Below are positions 14,106-24,030 of a stretch of 64,000 nucleotides of DNA, one piece after another. Every line of letters starts with the position of its first letter. The first letter of the stretch is position 1. The translations under genes and the position numbers were made by a program. Location of the stretch: contig OZ241907.1 of assembly GCA_965203515.1 (NCBI GenBank), positions 832,001 to 896,000 of the forward strand. Reading direction: 5' to 3'. This DNA is from Spirochaetia bacterium (GTDB lineage: Bacteria; Spirochaetota; Spirochaetia; SZUA-6; Bin103). The notes beneath the pieces are model-generated. The model worked only from the letters and a program-made list of their open reading frames with translations. It did no database searches and was not told the DNA's origin.

Positions 14106-15026
14106 TCAGGGCGTACGGTCGCGCTTGGGCGGGCGGTCGCCGTTCCTGACCACGTACGCGGTCTGCAGCAACTCGAGCGCATCATCGAGCACCGCCGCGG
14201 CATCGGTAAACCGCACCGAGGAGATCGCCGCGCACTCGGTCGCGGCGCCTTTGGACAGGAACGACCCGGAGATCGGCGAGACGTCCGAGTAGTCGCGGCC
14301 CACGGCCAGTTTTACGTAATCGCGCGCGGGAGGGAAGAGCACGCCGCGCGTGGGATCGGCCGCCAGCCAGCCCGCACGGGGGTGGAGCACCTCCAGCCAG
14401 GCGTGCGTCTCTCCCACCTGATCGGTGAGCAGCCCGCTGACGTAGCGGCTGGGGATCCCCAGCGCACGCAGTATGCCCAGGGCCAGGTGGGTCTTGTCCT
14501 GGCACACTCCCGCACGGGTCTCGAGCACCTGCGCCGCGGTGGTGGCGACGCCGGTGGCGCCGCGACGGTACGCGATCTTGCGGTAGACCCAGTCGACGGT
14601 CGCGCGCACCGCCTCCGCAAGCGAGCGGGCGCCGCCGGCGATCCGCTGCGCCGCGTCCGCCACGCCGTCCGGATCGACCAACGGCGACCGGAACACGAAG
14701 TCGATGCCGTCCGGCAGATCGGTCACCTCGGCGACGGCCGCGTCGTCCGGCGCCGGCGCCTCGGCGCTCAGACGTACGCGGCCCGCCGTGGCGACCATCA
14801 GTCGGTCGTGCCGGACGACGATGCGGACGCGCCGCACGCGGTTGCCGAAGCGATCGCGGTACTCCACGGAGCTGCCCGGCGGCCGCGTCCAGAGCTGCAG
14901 GTCGACCGGCTCCTGATCGGGTCCGGCGGCCGGAAAGATGCGGAGCTGGTTGTCGTTATGCAGGACGCGGTCGGAGTAGCCGTAGTGGGCGGCATAGAGA
15001 TACGACGCCGTCAGTCTACCACCCAC
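14106..15026 (-). CDS. Transglutaminase-like protein
   Basis: C-terminal part of ORF 14106..17543: YRDRFGNRV, GVCQDKTH (Cys), THAWLE (His), ADPT (Asp), VGRDYSDVSPISG. Start uncertain; overlaps the upstream stop. Confidence 0.9.
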   Translation of the reverse strand: MGGRLTASYLYAAHYGYSDRVLHNDNQLRIFPAAGPDQEPVDLQLWTRPPGSSVEYRDRFGNRVRRVRIVVRHDRLMVATAGRVRLSAEAPAPDDAAVAEVTDLPDGIDFVFRSPLVDPDGVADAAQRIAGGARSLAEAVRATVDWVYRKIAYRRGATGVATTAAQVLETRAGVCQDKTHLALGILRALGIPSRYVSGLLTDQVGETHAWLEVLHPRAGWLAADPTRGVLFPPARDYVKLAVGRDYSDVSPISGSFLSKGAATECAAISSVRFTDAAAVLDDALELLQTAYVVRNGDRPPKRDRTP

Positions 15027-16417
15027 GTCGGTTTGCACAGTCCGCCCGAGGAGTTGTTGGTGATGCGCCCGCCTTCCAGGGCCACGCGGGTCAGCCCGCC
15101 GGGGAATACGGTCACCTTCCCGTCGGCGGCCTGCACGGCGAATACCCGCAGGTCGACGTGTCGCGGCTCCAGCATGCCGGTCCGTCGATTCAAGACCACG
15201 TGCTGTGAAAAGTCCAGCGTCTCCTGGGCGATGAACAGCTCCGGGTTCTCCAGGATGTTGTGCGCCACGCGCGTCTTGTACGCGGGCCCCAGGTCGGGCA
15301 TGACGAAGACGCCGATGCCGCCGTATCCCTGGCGCGCCTTGATCACCATCCGTTCCAGGTTTTCCAGGACGTAGCGCCGGTCGCCGGCATCCTGCAGGTT
15401 GTAGCTCGGCGCCTGTTCCAGCAGCGGCGACTCGCCGAGGTAGCGCTCGATCATCCGCGGCACCCACAGGAAGACGAGCTTGTCGTCCGCCACGCCGGTG
15501 CCGATGCCGTTGACCAGCACCACTCGGCGGTCCAGGTACGCCTCGCGCAGTCCGGGGACGAACATCTCCAGGTCCTCGACCCGCCGGTACACCAGGTCCA
15601 CGGCGAAGTCGCCGTCCAGCGTGCGCGCGTAGACGCGCCCGTCGTGGCCCACGTAGAGGTCGGCCCCCTCCACCAGCGGGATGCCGAGCAGGTCGGAAAG
15701 GTAGCGGTGCTCGAAGAAGGCCGAACCGTATCGCCCGTCGGTGAGCAGCACGCATACCGGGGAAGGGGAGTCGCAGAGCGACCGGAACATCTCCAGATAG
15801 GCGGAGCGGATGGCGTAGGGCGCAATGTCGTATCCGCCCGCAAGCTCCGGCACCACCCGCGCGGCCAGCTCCACGGTCTTGAGCTGGTAGCTGATGCCGG
15901 ACGGGATGCGCAGATTGTCTTCCAGCACCGCGTACCGCCCGTCGCCCAGGTGGACCAGATCGATGCCGTAGATGTGGACGAACAGGTCGCGGGCCGGCCG
16001 GAAGCCCTGCACGTCGGGGTAGAAGTGCTGCGACGTGTAGACCACCTCCTCCGGGACGATGTCCTGGCCGCGGTCGTACAGGTCTACCAGGAACCGGTTG
16101 ATCGCCTTGAGCCGCTGCGCCACGCCGGCGGAGATCGCCTGCCAGTGATCGCGCGGCACGACGCGCGGAATCCAGTCCGCCGGCGTGGGCCGGAACCGCT
16201 TGGGGTCGAGGTAGAACGTGAACGCGTCCAGTCCGACCTGGCGAGCTCCATCCTCCCAGCGCCGGCTCAGCTCGTCGTAGCCGAGTGTTGCGGCGGTCTG
16301 CGCCATGGGGGCGTAGTGATCGCGGATGCGTCCGTCGGCATCCTGCCACTCGTTGAAGATCACGGGCGCCGCGCCGGCGCCGGCACGTGAGATGCGATCG
16401 GTCTTCTCTTCGAACAT
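15011..16417 (-). CDS. Circularly permuted type 2 ATP-grasp protein
   Basis: DWIPR, VLEDNLRIPSGISY, SAFFEHRYL, VADDK, PRHVDLR, PGGLTRVAL, NNSSGGLCKPTWV. Confidence 0.92.
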   Translation of the reverse strand: MFEEKTDRISRAGAGAAPVIFNEWQDADGRIRDHYAPMAQTAATLGYDELSRRWEDGARQVGLDAFTFYLDPKRFRPTPADWIPRVVPRDHWQAISAGVAQRLKAINRFLVDLYDRGQDIVPEEVVYTSQHFYPDVQGFRPARDLFVHIYGIDLVHLGDGRYAVLEDNLRIPSGISYQLKTVELAARVVPELAGGYDIAPYAIRSAYLEMFRSLCDSPSPVCVLLTDGRYGSAFFEHRYLSDLLGIPLVEGADLYVGHDGRVYARTLDGDFAVDLVYRRVEDLEMFVPGLREAYLDRRVVLVNGIGTGVADDKLVFLWVPRMIERYLGESPLLEQAPSYNLQDAGDRRYVLENLERMVIKARQGYGGIGVFVMPDLGPAYKTRVAHNILENPELFIAQETLDFSQHVVLNRRTGMLEPRHVDLRVFAVQAADGKVTVFPGGLTRVALEGGRITNNSSGGLCKPTWVVD

Positions 16418-16447
16418 CCGCAGGTGACCAGCGTGTGCGCTGACTAT

Positions 16448-16503
16448 ACCATGACCGCGGACCATGATCGCAGACCATGATCGGAGGCCGACGACCATGA
16501 TCG
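16448..16503. repeat. Four ACCATGA(TCG) direct repeats in a divergent intergenic region
   Basis: Copies start at 16448, 16461, 16474 and 16494; the last contains the amidohydrolase ATG. Confidence 0.6.
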
Positions 16504-17357
16504 TCGATACCCACGTCCACGTGTGGGAGATGCCGCCGGCCGCGCCGATCGGGCCGACCGCGCCGGCGTTCGACGCCCTGCCCGAGGAAGCGGCGCCGGT
16601 CGAGCCGCTGATCGAGGAGATGGACGCCCACGGGGTCGACGCCGCGGTGTTGGTGCAGACCAGTTGGTCGACCTGGGACAACACCTACGTGGCCGCGGCC
16701 GCGATGCGGTATCCCCGGCGCCTCCGCTCGATCGGACTGATCGACCCGCTCGATCCGGATGCGCGCCGCGTGGTCGAGCGGGTGCACCGCTGGATCGACG
16801 TCTTCTCGATGCGGGGCTTCCGCTTCCATCCGGACTACTATCCGCACGTCGAGATACTCACCGCGCCGCCCGCCGCGCGGCTGCTGGCGGAGATCGAGCG
16901 CCGGGAGGCGGTCGTCAAGGTCCACAACCACGTGCCGAACGCGCATCAACTCGCGGCCGCCGCGCGCCGCTATCCGGGCATCACGTGGATCATCGACCAC
17001 CTGATGTATCCGCAGCCGCAGATGGCCGCGGACGGCTGGCGCGGCTACGAGCCGGTCCTGCGCCTGGCGGAATATGACAACGTCTACGTGACGATCTCCG
17101 ACGTCCACGGCCGCTCGGCCGAGGCGTTTCCGTATCGCGACCTGCACGGAGCGATCGAGCGGGCGATCGATGCGTTCGGCGTCGAGCGGTGCCTGTGGGG
17201 CACCGGCTTTCCCGGCCGTCATCGCCGCGCGCACGGCTGGCCGCCGCTGGCCGGCGAGCTGCGCCTGGTGCGGGAGGGCTTCGATTGGCTGACCGACGCG
17301 GAACGGGCGGCGATACTTGGCGAGAACGCCCGGCGGTTGTTCGACTACCGACCTTGA
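16497..17357 (+). CDS. Amidohydrolase family protein (Amidohydro_2-like)
   Basis: IVDTHVHVW, GFRFHP, IIDHL, FGVERCLWGTGFP, ILGENARRLF. Confidence 0.88.
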   Translation: MIVDTHVHVWEMPPAAPIGPTAPAFDALPEEAAPVEPLIEEMDAHGVDAAVLVQTSWSTWDNTYVAAAAMRYPRRLRSIGLIDPLDPDARRVVERVHRWIDVFSMRGFRFHPDYYPHVEILTAPPAARLLAEIERREAVVKVHNHVPNAHQLAAAARRYPGITWIIDHLMYPQPQMAADGWRGYEPVLRLAEYDNVYVTISDVHGRSAEAFPYRDLHGAIERAIDAFGVERCLWGTGFPGRHRRAHGWPPLAGELRLVREGFDWLTDAERAAILGENARRLFDYRP

Positions 17358-17379
17358 CCCTAGGCGCCGAACGGTGCCA

Positions 17380-18333
17380 ATGTCCGGCCGCCGTATGCGG
17401 CGCATGATCATCGACTGCGACCCCGGCCACGACGATGCGATCGCGCTGGTGTTGGCGCACCGGCACGCGCAGGTGGCCGGCATCACCACTGCCGGCGGCA
17501 ACGTCCCGCTGCCGGCGACGACCGCCAATGCGTTGCTGGTCACGGCGGTGCTCGGCGTAGATACGCCGGTCTACGCGGGCGCGGCGCGGCCGCTGGCGGG
17601 TGAACCGCGGCACGCGCCGCACGTGCACGGCGAATCGGGCCTGGGCGACGTGACGCGCGTGGCGCACGACAAGGCGGCGGCCGGCGACGACGCGGTGGAG
17701 TTCCTGCTGGACGCCGCCGCGCCGGACGTGTCGGTGGTGGCGCTGGGGCCGCTGACCAACGTGGCGCTGGCGATCGACCGCGACCCCGGTTGGGTGCAGC
17801 GGATCGCAGGTATTTCGCTCATGGGAGGGAGCACGGACGTCGGCAACGTGACGCCGGCCGCCGAGTTCAACGTGTACGCCGATCCCGAAGCGGCCGACCG
17901 GGTGTTTCGCTCGGGCGCGCGGATCACCATGTGCGGGCTCAACCTCACCCATCAGGTCATGACGACCGGCTCGACGGCGGCGCTGCTGCGCGCGGCGGGA
18001 ACGCCGGTCGCCAGCTTTGCCGGGGAGATATTCGACGATCTGCACGGACGGCTCGAACGCCTCACCGGGTTCCGGGAGGCGGCGCTGCACGATCCGTGCG
18101 CCGTGCTGGCGGTGACCCATCCCGAACTGATCGAAACCTCGCCGCGCGCCGTGAGCGTCGAGCTCGACGGAACGCTGACGCGGGGCATGACCGTGGTCGA
18201 CCGGCGCCGCGGCCTGCGCGGCGATCCCGCCAACGCGAACGTGGCATGCCGGATCGATGCGGAGCGCGCGTTGCAGGTGGTGATGGAGTCGCTCGGCGTC
18301 GAGCCGAATCGAGCCGGTAGCATGGCGCCATGA
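17380..18333 (+). CDS. Inosine/uridine-preferring nucleoside hydrolase
   Basis: IIDCDPGHDDA, GPLTN, AEFNVYADPEAA, LHDP. Confidence 0.93.
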   Translation: MSGRRMRRMIIDCDPGHDDAIALVLAHRHAQVAGITTAGGNVPLPATTANALLVTAVLGVDTPVYAGAARPLAGEPRHAPHVHGESGLGDVTRVAHDKAAAGDDAVEFLLDAAAPDVSVVALGPLTNVALAIDRDPGWVQRIAGISLMGGSTDVGNVTPAAEFNVYADPEAADRVFRSGARITMCGLNLTHQVMTTGSTAALLRAAGTPVASFAGEIFDDLHGRLERLTGFREAALHDPCAVLAVTHPELIETSPRAVSVELDGTLTRGMTVVDRRRGLRGDPANANVACRIDAERALQVVMESLGVEPNRAGSMAP

Positions 18334-19283
18334 ACCGACCCGTTCCTGCCCGCGGGGCGCTCCGTCCCGCCCTTGCGGTCCTTGCCGCGTTGCTGCTGCT
18401 GGCCTCGGCGGCTGCGCCCGCCGTCGCGCAGACGCCGTGCGACGCCTCCGGGGAGCCGCTGGACGCGATCCAGACCCGCCACCAGCTCAAGCGTTTCGTC
18501 CGGTGCGCGCTCGCCCACGTCGACGCGGCGGGATGGGAGCAGGCGGTGGAGGACTTCCAGACCGACCGAGCCTGGATGGACGGCTCCATGTACCTGTTCG
18601 CCGGGGATATCAGCGGCACCGCCGTCCGCTTCGTCGCCGGCTCGGACGTCGCGCCGGGCACGGATCTCTCCGGCCAGCGGGACTCCAACGGTCACCACTA
18701 CGTCCGGGACATCGCCCGCGTGGCGCGCGACTACGGGTCGGGCTACGTCTACTACGGCAACCGCAACCGCAACTCCGGCGTCGAGGAACCCAAAGTCTCC
18801 TACGTCACGGCGATCGCGGTCGACGGCGAGCGGCTCTACTTCGGCGCCGGCGCCTATCCGCTGGACGCCCCGGGCGCGTGCCCGGCGGACCGCGTGCGGG
18901 CGGCGCTGGTCGCCGCGGAGGAGGACGTGGAACGGTTCGTGACCTGCGCGGCCGAGCACCTGCGGCGGCAGGGGTTGGCCGCGCTGGCCGAGTTCGAGAC
19001 GGAGCCGCGCTGGCGCTCCGGTCCCACCTACCTGTTCCTGCTCGACCTGGAGACGCTGGTGACGATCTCCAACGCCGGGGACCCGGGATTGCGCGGGAAG
19101 TACCGGGGCGACACCGTGCACGTGCGGGAGATGCAGCGCATCCTGCGGGACTACGGCGAAGGGTACGTCTACTACCAGCGGCGCAACCCGGCCTCGGGCG
19201 CCATCGAGCCCAAGGCGTCCTTCGTCCGCCGCGTGTCGATCGACGGCCGCGCTTATATCCTGGGCGCCGGCCTCTACGGCTGA
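18330..19283 (+). CDS. Secreted protein with two tandem Cache-like domains
   Basis: Signal peptide and two similar halves (W..G..YLF; DYG.GYVYY..RN..SG..EPK.S[YF]V...DG....GAG.Y). Confidence 0.75.
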   Translation: MNRPVPARGALRPALAVLAALLLLASAAAPAVAQTPCDASGEPLDAIQTRHQLKRFVRCALAHVDAAGWEQAVEDFQTDRAWMDGSMYLFAGDISGTAVRFVAGSDVAPGTDLSGQRDSNGHHYVRDIARVARDYGSGYVYYGNRNRNSGVEEPKVSYVTAIAVDGERLYFGAGAYPLDAPGACPADRVRAALVAAEEDVERFVTCAAEHLRRQGLAALAEFETEPRWRSGPTYLFLLDLETLVTISNAGDPGLRGKYRGDTVHVREMQRILRDYGEGYVYYQRRNPASGAIEPKASFVRRVSIDGRAYILGAGLYG

Positions 19284-19331
19284 GCGATCTCCGGATAGCC
19301 TAATATAGCAGTCTCGCATGATCAGATTGAA

Positions 19332-19847
19332 TCAGAAGTCCATCCGCAATCCCAGGATGACGCTATGTGCCCATCTCGAGTTCTGAAAATCGGTATGGAT
19401 GGATGGCGTATAGACCACCGTTGCCGATATTCCATCCCATAGCCTTCTCTCCAAGCCGACCTTGCCATGGAATACCGCCTTCCATACGTCAGTGCTTGCA
19501 CTCCTAATCTCTATACCTGGTCCGGCTCCGATTCCAACGAAACCCTTGAATCCGCCAACCCAAGGTAGGTCGCTGTAAACGGTAGCCGTCAGATGTACTG
19601 TGGCTACGGACGCAATCAACACCGCTGTGGATGATGCCGACACCGCTACACTCGCTCGTATTCCTCCGAACTCACCGGTCAAGGTCCCTGCCTCTACGGT
19701 GGCGAGTATCGTTGTCGTTCCAGACACTGATCCGAAGGCAGCGCTGGCTTCCACGTAGGCCGTCTTCGGTTCCTCTTGCGCACTGACAACTCCGCACACT
19801 GCCAATCCGAACACGGCCGCCATAGCCGCTGCTATCATTCTCTTCAC
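19332..19847 (-). CDS. Putative small outer-membrane beta-barrel protein
   Basis: Signal peptide, alternating beta-strand pattern, FVGIGAGP, C-terminal GLRMDF, AGGAGG RBS. Visibly lower GC than its neighbours. Confidence 0.65.
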   Translation of the reverse strand: MKRMIAAAMAAVFGLAVCGVVSAQEEPKTAYVEASAAFGSVSGTTTILATVEAGTLTGEFGGIRASVAVSASSTAVLIASVATVHLTATVYSDLPWVGGFKGFVGIGAGPGIEIRSASTDVWKAVFHGKVGLERRLWDGISATVVYTPSIHTDFQNSRWAHSVILGLRMDF

Positions 19848-19929
19848 TTCTTCTCCTCCTTGGCCTATCTTATCATATCAAGCGCCGGCGGCCAACCCTG
19901 TCACGACGGCCGGCGCGGGCGGCCGTCGC

Positions 19930-20710
19930 TCATCGGCCTTCCGCCAGCCGCTCGGCGAGCGCTTCGGGCAGGCCGAGGGCGAGTATCTTCCGTTGCGCTT
20001 CGGCCACCGGATACGCCACGCGGTATTGCGTGTAGCGGTTCCGTTCGGCGTCCATCACGCCGAACGCGGCGTCCGGGTTGCCGTCGCGCGGCTGACCGAC
20101 CGAACCGGGATTGATCAGATAGCGGCTCGCGTCGTCGAGTGTCAAGGAAGCGCCGTGCTCCAGTCGGTCGACCTGGACCGGCGTCTTCACCGCGCGCTCC
20201 GGCTGTTCCGGCCGCTTCTGTCGAATGACCATCGACCAGTGGGTGTGTCCGTAGAAGCCGACGCGGAAACCGGGATACCGATCGTCCAGCACCTGGAACG
20301 ACACCCGCGCGTCGTAGTCGTCGATCAGGTAGAGGTCTTCGTTGTCGGGCGAGCCGTGGCACAGTACGATGCCCGGCGCGGCCTGCACCGGCCCCTGCGG
20401 GAGCGCGCGCAGCCGTTCCAGATCGGCGCTCGACAGCATCTGCCGGTGACGGCGCGCCGCCGCCTGCGCTACGTCGTTGAAGTCGCGATCGCTGGAGATG
20501 CCTGCCACCACCTTGTCGTGGTTACCGCGGATGCAGCAGTTAGCGATCTGCAGGCTGCGCTGCAGACACGCCGCGGGGTCGGCGTTGTAGCCGACCAGAT
20601 CGCCCAGGATCAGACAGGCGTCGACGTCGCTCGGTCGTGCGTCCAGTGCCGCTTCGACTGCCTGCAACGCTTCCAGGTGCGTGGATGTCGGAAAGGACGG
20701 CGTATGTCAT
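19930..20710 (-). pseudogene. Metallophosphoesterase, frameshifted near 20678 (or sequence error)
   Basis: ATG 20710 gives MTYAVLSDIHA. A 2-nt shortfall separates it from LEALQAV...LGDLVGY...RGNHD...HGSP...GHTH...NPGSVGQPRD. Confidence 0.8.
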
Positions 20711-20742
20711 GCGGTCGGGCCGCCGGCCACTACCGGCCGGCC

Positions 20743-21528
20743 CTACTGAGCCGCCGACGCGGGGATTCCGGCGGTGACCGGCTCGAACTGACGCGCCACG
20801 ACCCAGTCCGGGCGCGGGTTCTCCACGCCGGCCGGCACGTTGTCGATCGCCGCGAAGGCGTAGATCAGGCTGTAGCGCTTGGCCGGGGAAAGATTGTGGT
20901 TCGAGCCGTGCACGATCCGGCAGTCGAAGAAGCAGACGTCGCCGGCGCCGCCCTCGATCGGGATGATCATCGCCTCGTCGGTGATGCGCTCGCGCAGCGC
21001 CTCCGGCGTGATGCACCACTGCTTGTAGCTGGTGGTGACTTCGTCGCTGTAGTGGTCCAGCACGCCCCAGCGGTGCGAGCCCCTGACCAGCATCACGCAG
21101 CCGTTCTGGCGCGTGTTCGGGCCGAGCATCACCAGCGCCGAGGCCATGCGGTCGTCGACGCCGTCGTAGCGCCAGTACCCGTAGTCCTGGTGCCAGAGCC
21201 ACACCGTGCCCTCGAAGGACTCCTTGTAGTTCAGCTTGCTGTGGAAGACGTAGGCGTCGTTCCCGAAGATCTGCTTGATCGGCCCGGCGATCGGCGCCGA
21301 CCGGCACAGGTCCCGGAACGGCCCGATGCTGCGGTGGGCGCAGAACACCGACCGGACCGGGCCGCTCTTCTCGCGCACCACGTGCACCTCGGGCGGATGG
21401 TCGGCGGTCTCCGCCATCGCTGCGTCGGCGGCGGCGCGCAACGCCTCGATCCGGTCCTGCGGGATCAGGCCGCGCTGCACCAGAAAACCGTCCCGGCGGT
21501 ACGCGGCGAGTTGTCGTTCGGTCCACAT
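20743..21528 (-). CDS. PhyH/ectoine-hydroxylase-like Fe(II)/2OG dioxygenase
   Basis: YRRDGFL, HSKLNYK, WHQDYGYW, GSH, VHGS..N.S..R. Confidence 0.9.
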   Translation of the reverse strand: MWTERQLAAYRRDGFLVQRGLIPQDRIEALRAAADAAMAETADHPPEVHVVREKSGPVRSVFCAHRSIGPFRDLCRSAPIAGPIKQIFGNDAYVFHSKLNYKESFEGTVWLWHQDYGYWRYDGVDDRMASALVMLGPNTRQNGCVMLVRGSHRWGVLDHYSDEVTTSYKQWCITPEALRERITDEAMIIPIEGGAGDVCFFDCRIVHGSNHNLSPAKRYSLIYAFAAIDNVPAGVENPRPDWVVARQFEPVTAGIPASAAQ

Positions 21529-21530
21529 GG

Positions 21531-22916
21531 TCAGCCTCCCAGGGGCTTGAGATCCGCCAGCATCGTCGGGATCAGCTCCGCGACGGTCGGGTGAACGTGC
21601 ACCGCGCGCCGGATCACGGTATACGGCGCCTTGGCGTACATCACGTCCAGGATCGAGTGGATCACCTCGTCGCCGCCTACGCCCAGGATGGCGGCGCCCA
21701 GGATGCGGTCGGTTTCGCGGTCGACCAGCACCTTCATGAATCCCTGCGTCTCGCCCTTCTCCACGGCGCGGCCCACGCGGGTCATAGGCCGCGTGGCGAT
21801 CAGGGCGGGCCGGCCCGATTCCCGGACCTGCCGCTCGGTCATGCCGGCGCGCCCGAGCGGCGGGTCGATGTGGAGCGCGTAGCAGTCGATACGGTCGGCG
21901 ACGCTCCGCGGGTCGCCGTGCAGGAGGTTGGCGGCGACGATCTCGTAGTCGTTGTAGGCGGTGTGCGTGAACGCGCCGCGGCCGTTGCATTCGCCGAGCG
22001 CCCACACGCCGGGCACGGCGGTCTGCAGCCGGTCGTCGACCGGGATGAGGCCCCGCCGGTCGACCTCGATGCCGGCCGCTTCCAGGCCCAGGTCGTCGGT
22101 GTTGGGCCGCCGGCCGGCCGCCAGCAGCAGGTGCGAGCCGGCCACCTCGGGGGCGCCGCTGCGGCAATCCAGGCTGACCGTGACCGAGCCGGGCTGTCCG
22201 TCGACGCCGATGCAGCGGGCGTTCAGGCGCACGTCGACGCCCTCGCCTTCCAGGATACCGGTCACCGCCGCGGATACGTCGGGCGACTCCCGCTTGATCA
22301 GCCGGTCGCCGGTCTCGATCAGCGTCACCCGGCTCCCGAAGCGCCGGTACATCTGCGCGAACTCCAGTCCGACGTAGCCGCCGCCGACGATGATCAGGTG
22401 CTCCGGCAGGACCTCCAGGTCCAATATGGTCGAGTTGGTCAGGTAGTCGACCCGGTCGAGCCCCGGCAGCGGCGGCACGGCGGCGCGCGCCCCCACGTCG
22501 ATGAAGATGCGCTCGGCCGCCAGCAGATCGCCGCCCACGCGGACGCGGTGCGCGGCCTTGAAGCGCGCGTGCCCGCGGTAGACCGCGCAGTTCGGAAGCG
22601 ACCGGAGCCACCGCTCGACGCCCCGCTCCGACTTGCCGGCGATCGCGTCCTTGCGCGCCTTCACGCGCGCCATGTCGACGCCGACGCCGCCGTCGATGAC
22701 CACGCCGAAGTCGGCGGCGCGGCGCGCCACGTGGGCGGCGCGGGCGCTGGCCACCAGCGCCTTGGTGGGGATGCAGCCGACGTTGACGCAGGTGCCGCCG
22801 AAGCGGTGGCGCTCGATCACGGCGGTGCTCATGCCGGCGCCGGCGAACGCCGCCGCCAGGCTGGGGCCGGCCTGGCCGGCGCCGATCACGATCGCGTCGT
22901 AGGTGGTCAGGGCCAT
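21531..22916 (-). CDS. FAD-dependent pyridine nucleotide-disulfide oxidoreductase (MerA/Lpd-like)
   Basis: IGAGQAG, GGTCVNVGCIPTK, GGGYVGLE, HPTVAE. No C-terminal Cys-Cys, so not a true MerA. Confidence 0.9.
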   Translation of the reverse strand: MALTTYDAIVIGAGQAGPSLAAAFAGAGMSTAVIERHRFGGTCVNVGCIPTKALVASARAAHVARRAADFGVVIDGGVGVDMARVKARKDAIAGKSERGVERWLRSLPNCAVYRGHARFKAAHRVRVGGDLLAAERIFIDVGARAAVPPLPGLDRVDYLTNSTILDLEVLPEHLIIVGGGYVGLEFAQMYRRFGSRVTLIETGDRLIKRESPDVSAAVTGILEGEGVDVRLNARCIGVDGQPGSVTVSLDCRSGAPEVAGSHLLLAAGRRPNTDDLGLEAAGIEVDRRGLIPVDDRLQTAVPGVWALGECNGRGAFTHTAYNDYEIVAANLLHGDPRSVADRIDCYALHIDPPLGRAGMTERQVRESGRPALIATRPMTRVGRAVEKGETQGFMKVLVDRETDRILGAAILGVGGDEVIHSILDVMYAKAPYTVIRRAVHVHPTVAELIPTMLADLKPLGG

Positions 22917-22924
22917 GGGGCGCC

Positions 22925-23962
22925 TCAGATCCAGCCGTGGCGGATGGAGACCGGGACGCCGGCGTGCTGCGTCTCCCACGCCGGTCCGGCGGACAGCATC
23001 ACCTCGCGCCCGGTCAGGGCCGATTCCTCGGCCGCGAACAGTATCTCCATCACGTGGCGCGCCCACTGGCCGTGCGCGGGCGGTTCGACGTCGAGACGGA
23101 TCGCCTCCACGAACGCTCGCCACTGCTCGGTCATGCCGGCCGGCGGGACCCGGAACGGAACGTCGGTCCACCGGTCATCCTTGCCGATCTGCACCGAGTC
23201 GCGGCCGACGCGCAGCGATCCGCGGGTGCCGTACATGACGCAGTCGTGCAGGGGCGCGCCGTCGGCGTAGGCCACGGCGATGGCGATGCCGGCCGCGCCG
23301 TTCTTGTAGCGGATGAAGACGGTCGACGTATCGTCGGCCGCCTGGTAGTGCGCGCGGGTGCCGATCGCCGCCGACACCGACACCGCCTGTGAGGCCATCA
23401 TCCAGGTCAGCCGATCGACGACGTGAACGCCGTTGGTCATCCACATGCCGCCGCCGTGGAAGCGGCTGCGGTACTGCGGCCGCCGCCCCGAGTAGTTCCA
23501 GTTCTTGCACATGTAGTTGACCGCGGTGACCAGCGGCCCGATCTCGCCCGAGTCCAGGATCTCCTTGGCCTTCATCGCCGGCCCTCCGAAGTGCTGGGTC
23601 AGGCCGACCATCAGCTTCACGCCGGCTTCCTCGGCGGCGGCGACCATCTCGTCACACTGCCGGAGGTCGAGCGCCATCGGCTTTTCCACCATCACGTGCT
23701 TGCCGGCTCGGCAGGCGTCGACCGTGAGCCGGTGGTGGAGCTGGTGCCCCAGGGTGATGGCGACCGCCTCGATCTCGTCATCCTGCAGCAGCTCGGCGTG
23801 CGAGGCGTAGCCCTTGGCGACGCCGTACTCCCGCATGATCCGGGCGCGCGGCTCCTCCAGCAGGTCCGCCACGGCCGCCACCTCGACGTCATCGAGCGTG
23901 GCGATCGCCTGCAGATGGGAATGGGAGATGCCGCCCAGGCCGACGATCCCAACCTTCAACAT
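22925..23962 (-). CDS. Gfo/Idh/MocA oxidoreductase
   Basis: KVGIVGLGGI, GKHVMVEKPMA, GGG....GVH..D. Confidence 0.92.
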   Translation of the reverse strand: MLKVGIVGLGGISHSHLQAIATLDDVEVAAVADLLEEPRARIMREYGVAKGYASHAELLQDDEIEAVAITLGHQLHHRLTVDACRAGKHVMVEKPMALDLRQCDEMVAAAEEAGVKLMVGLTQHFGGPAMKAKEILDSGEIGPLVTAVNYMCKNWNYSGRRPQYRSRFHGGGMWMTNGVHVVDRLTWMMASQAVSVSAAIGTRAHYQAADDTSTVFIRYKNGAAGIAIAVAYADGAPLHDCVMYGTRGSLRVGRDSVQIGKDDRWTDVPFRVPPAGMTEQWRAFVEAIRLDVEPPAHGQWARHVMEILFAAEESALTGREVMLSAGPAWETQHAGVPVSIRHGWI

Positions 23963-24030
23963 GTGCTCCTCCTGCGCGGCCGCATCGTGCAACCGCCGCG
24001 CCCAGTGTGCCATAATCGGACGGGGGCGCG

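Noticed and set aside
14106..17543. 1145-aa ORF as a single protein
   Set aside because: Only the last ~306 aa are protein-like; the rest overlaps real genes in other frames, typical of high-GC shadow ORFs.
21531..22916. merA mercury resistance gene
   Set aside because: No C-terminal Cys-Cys pair and no mer operon.
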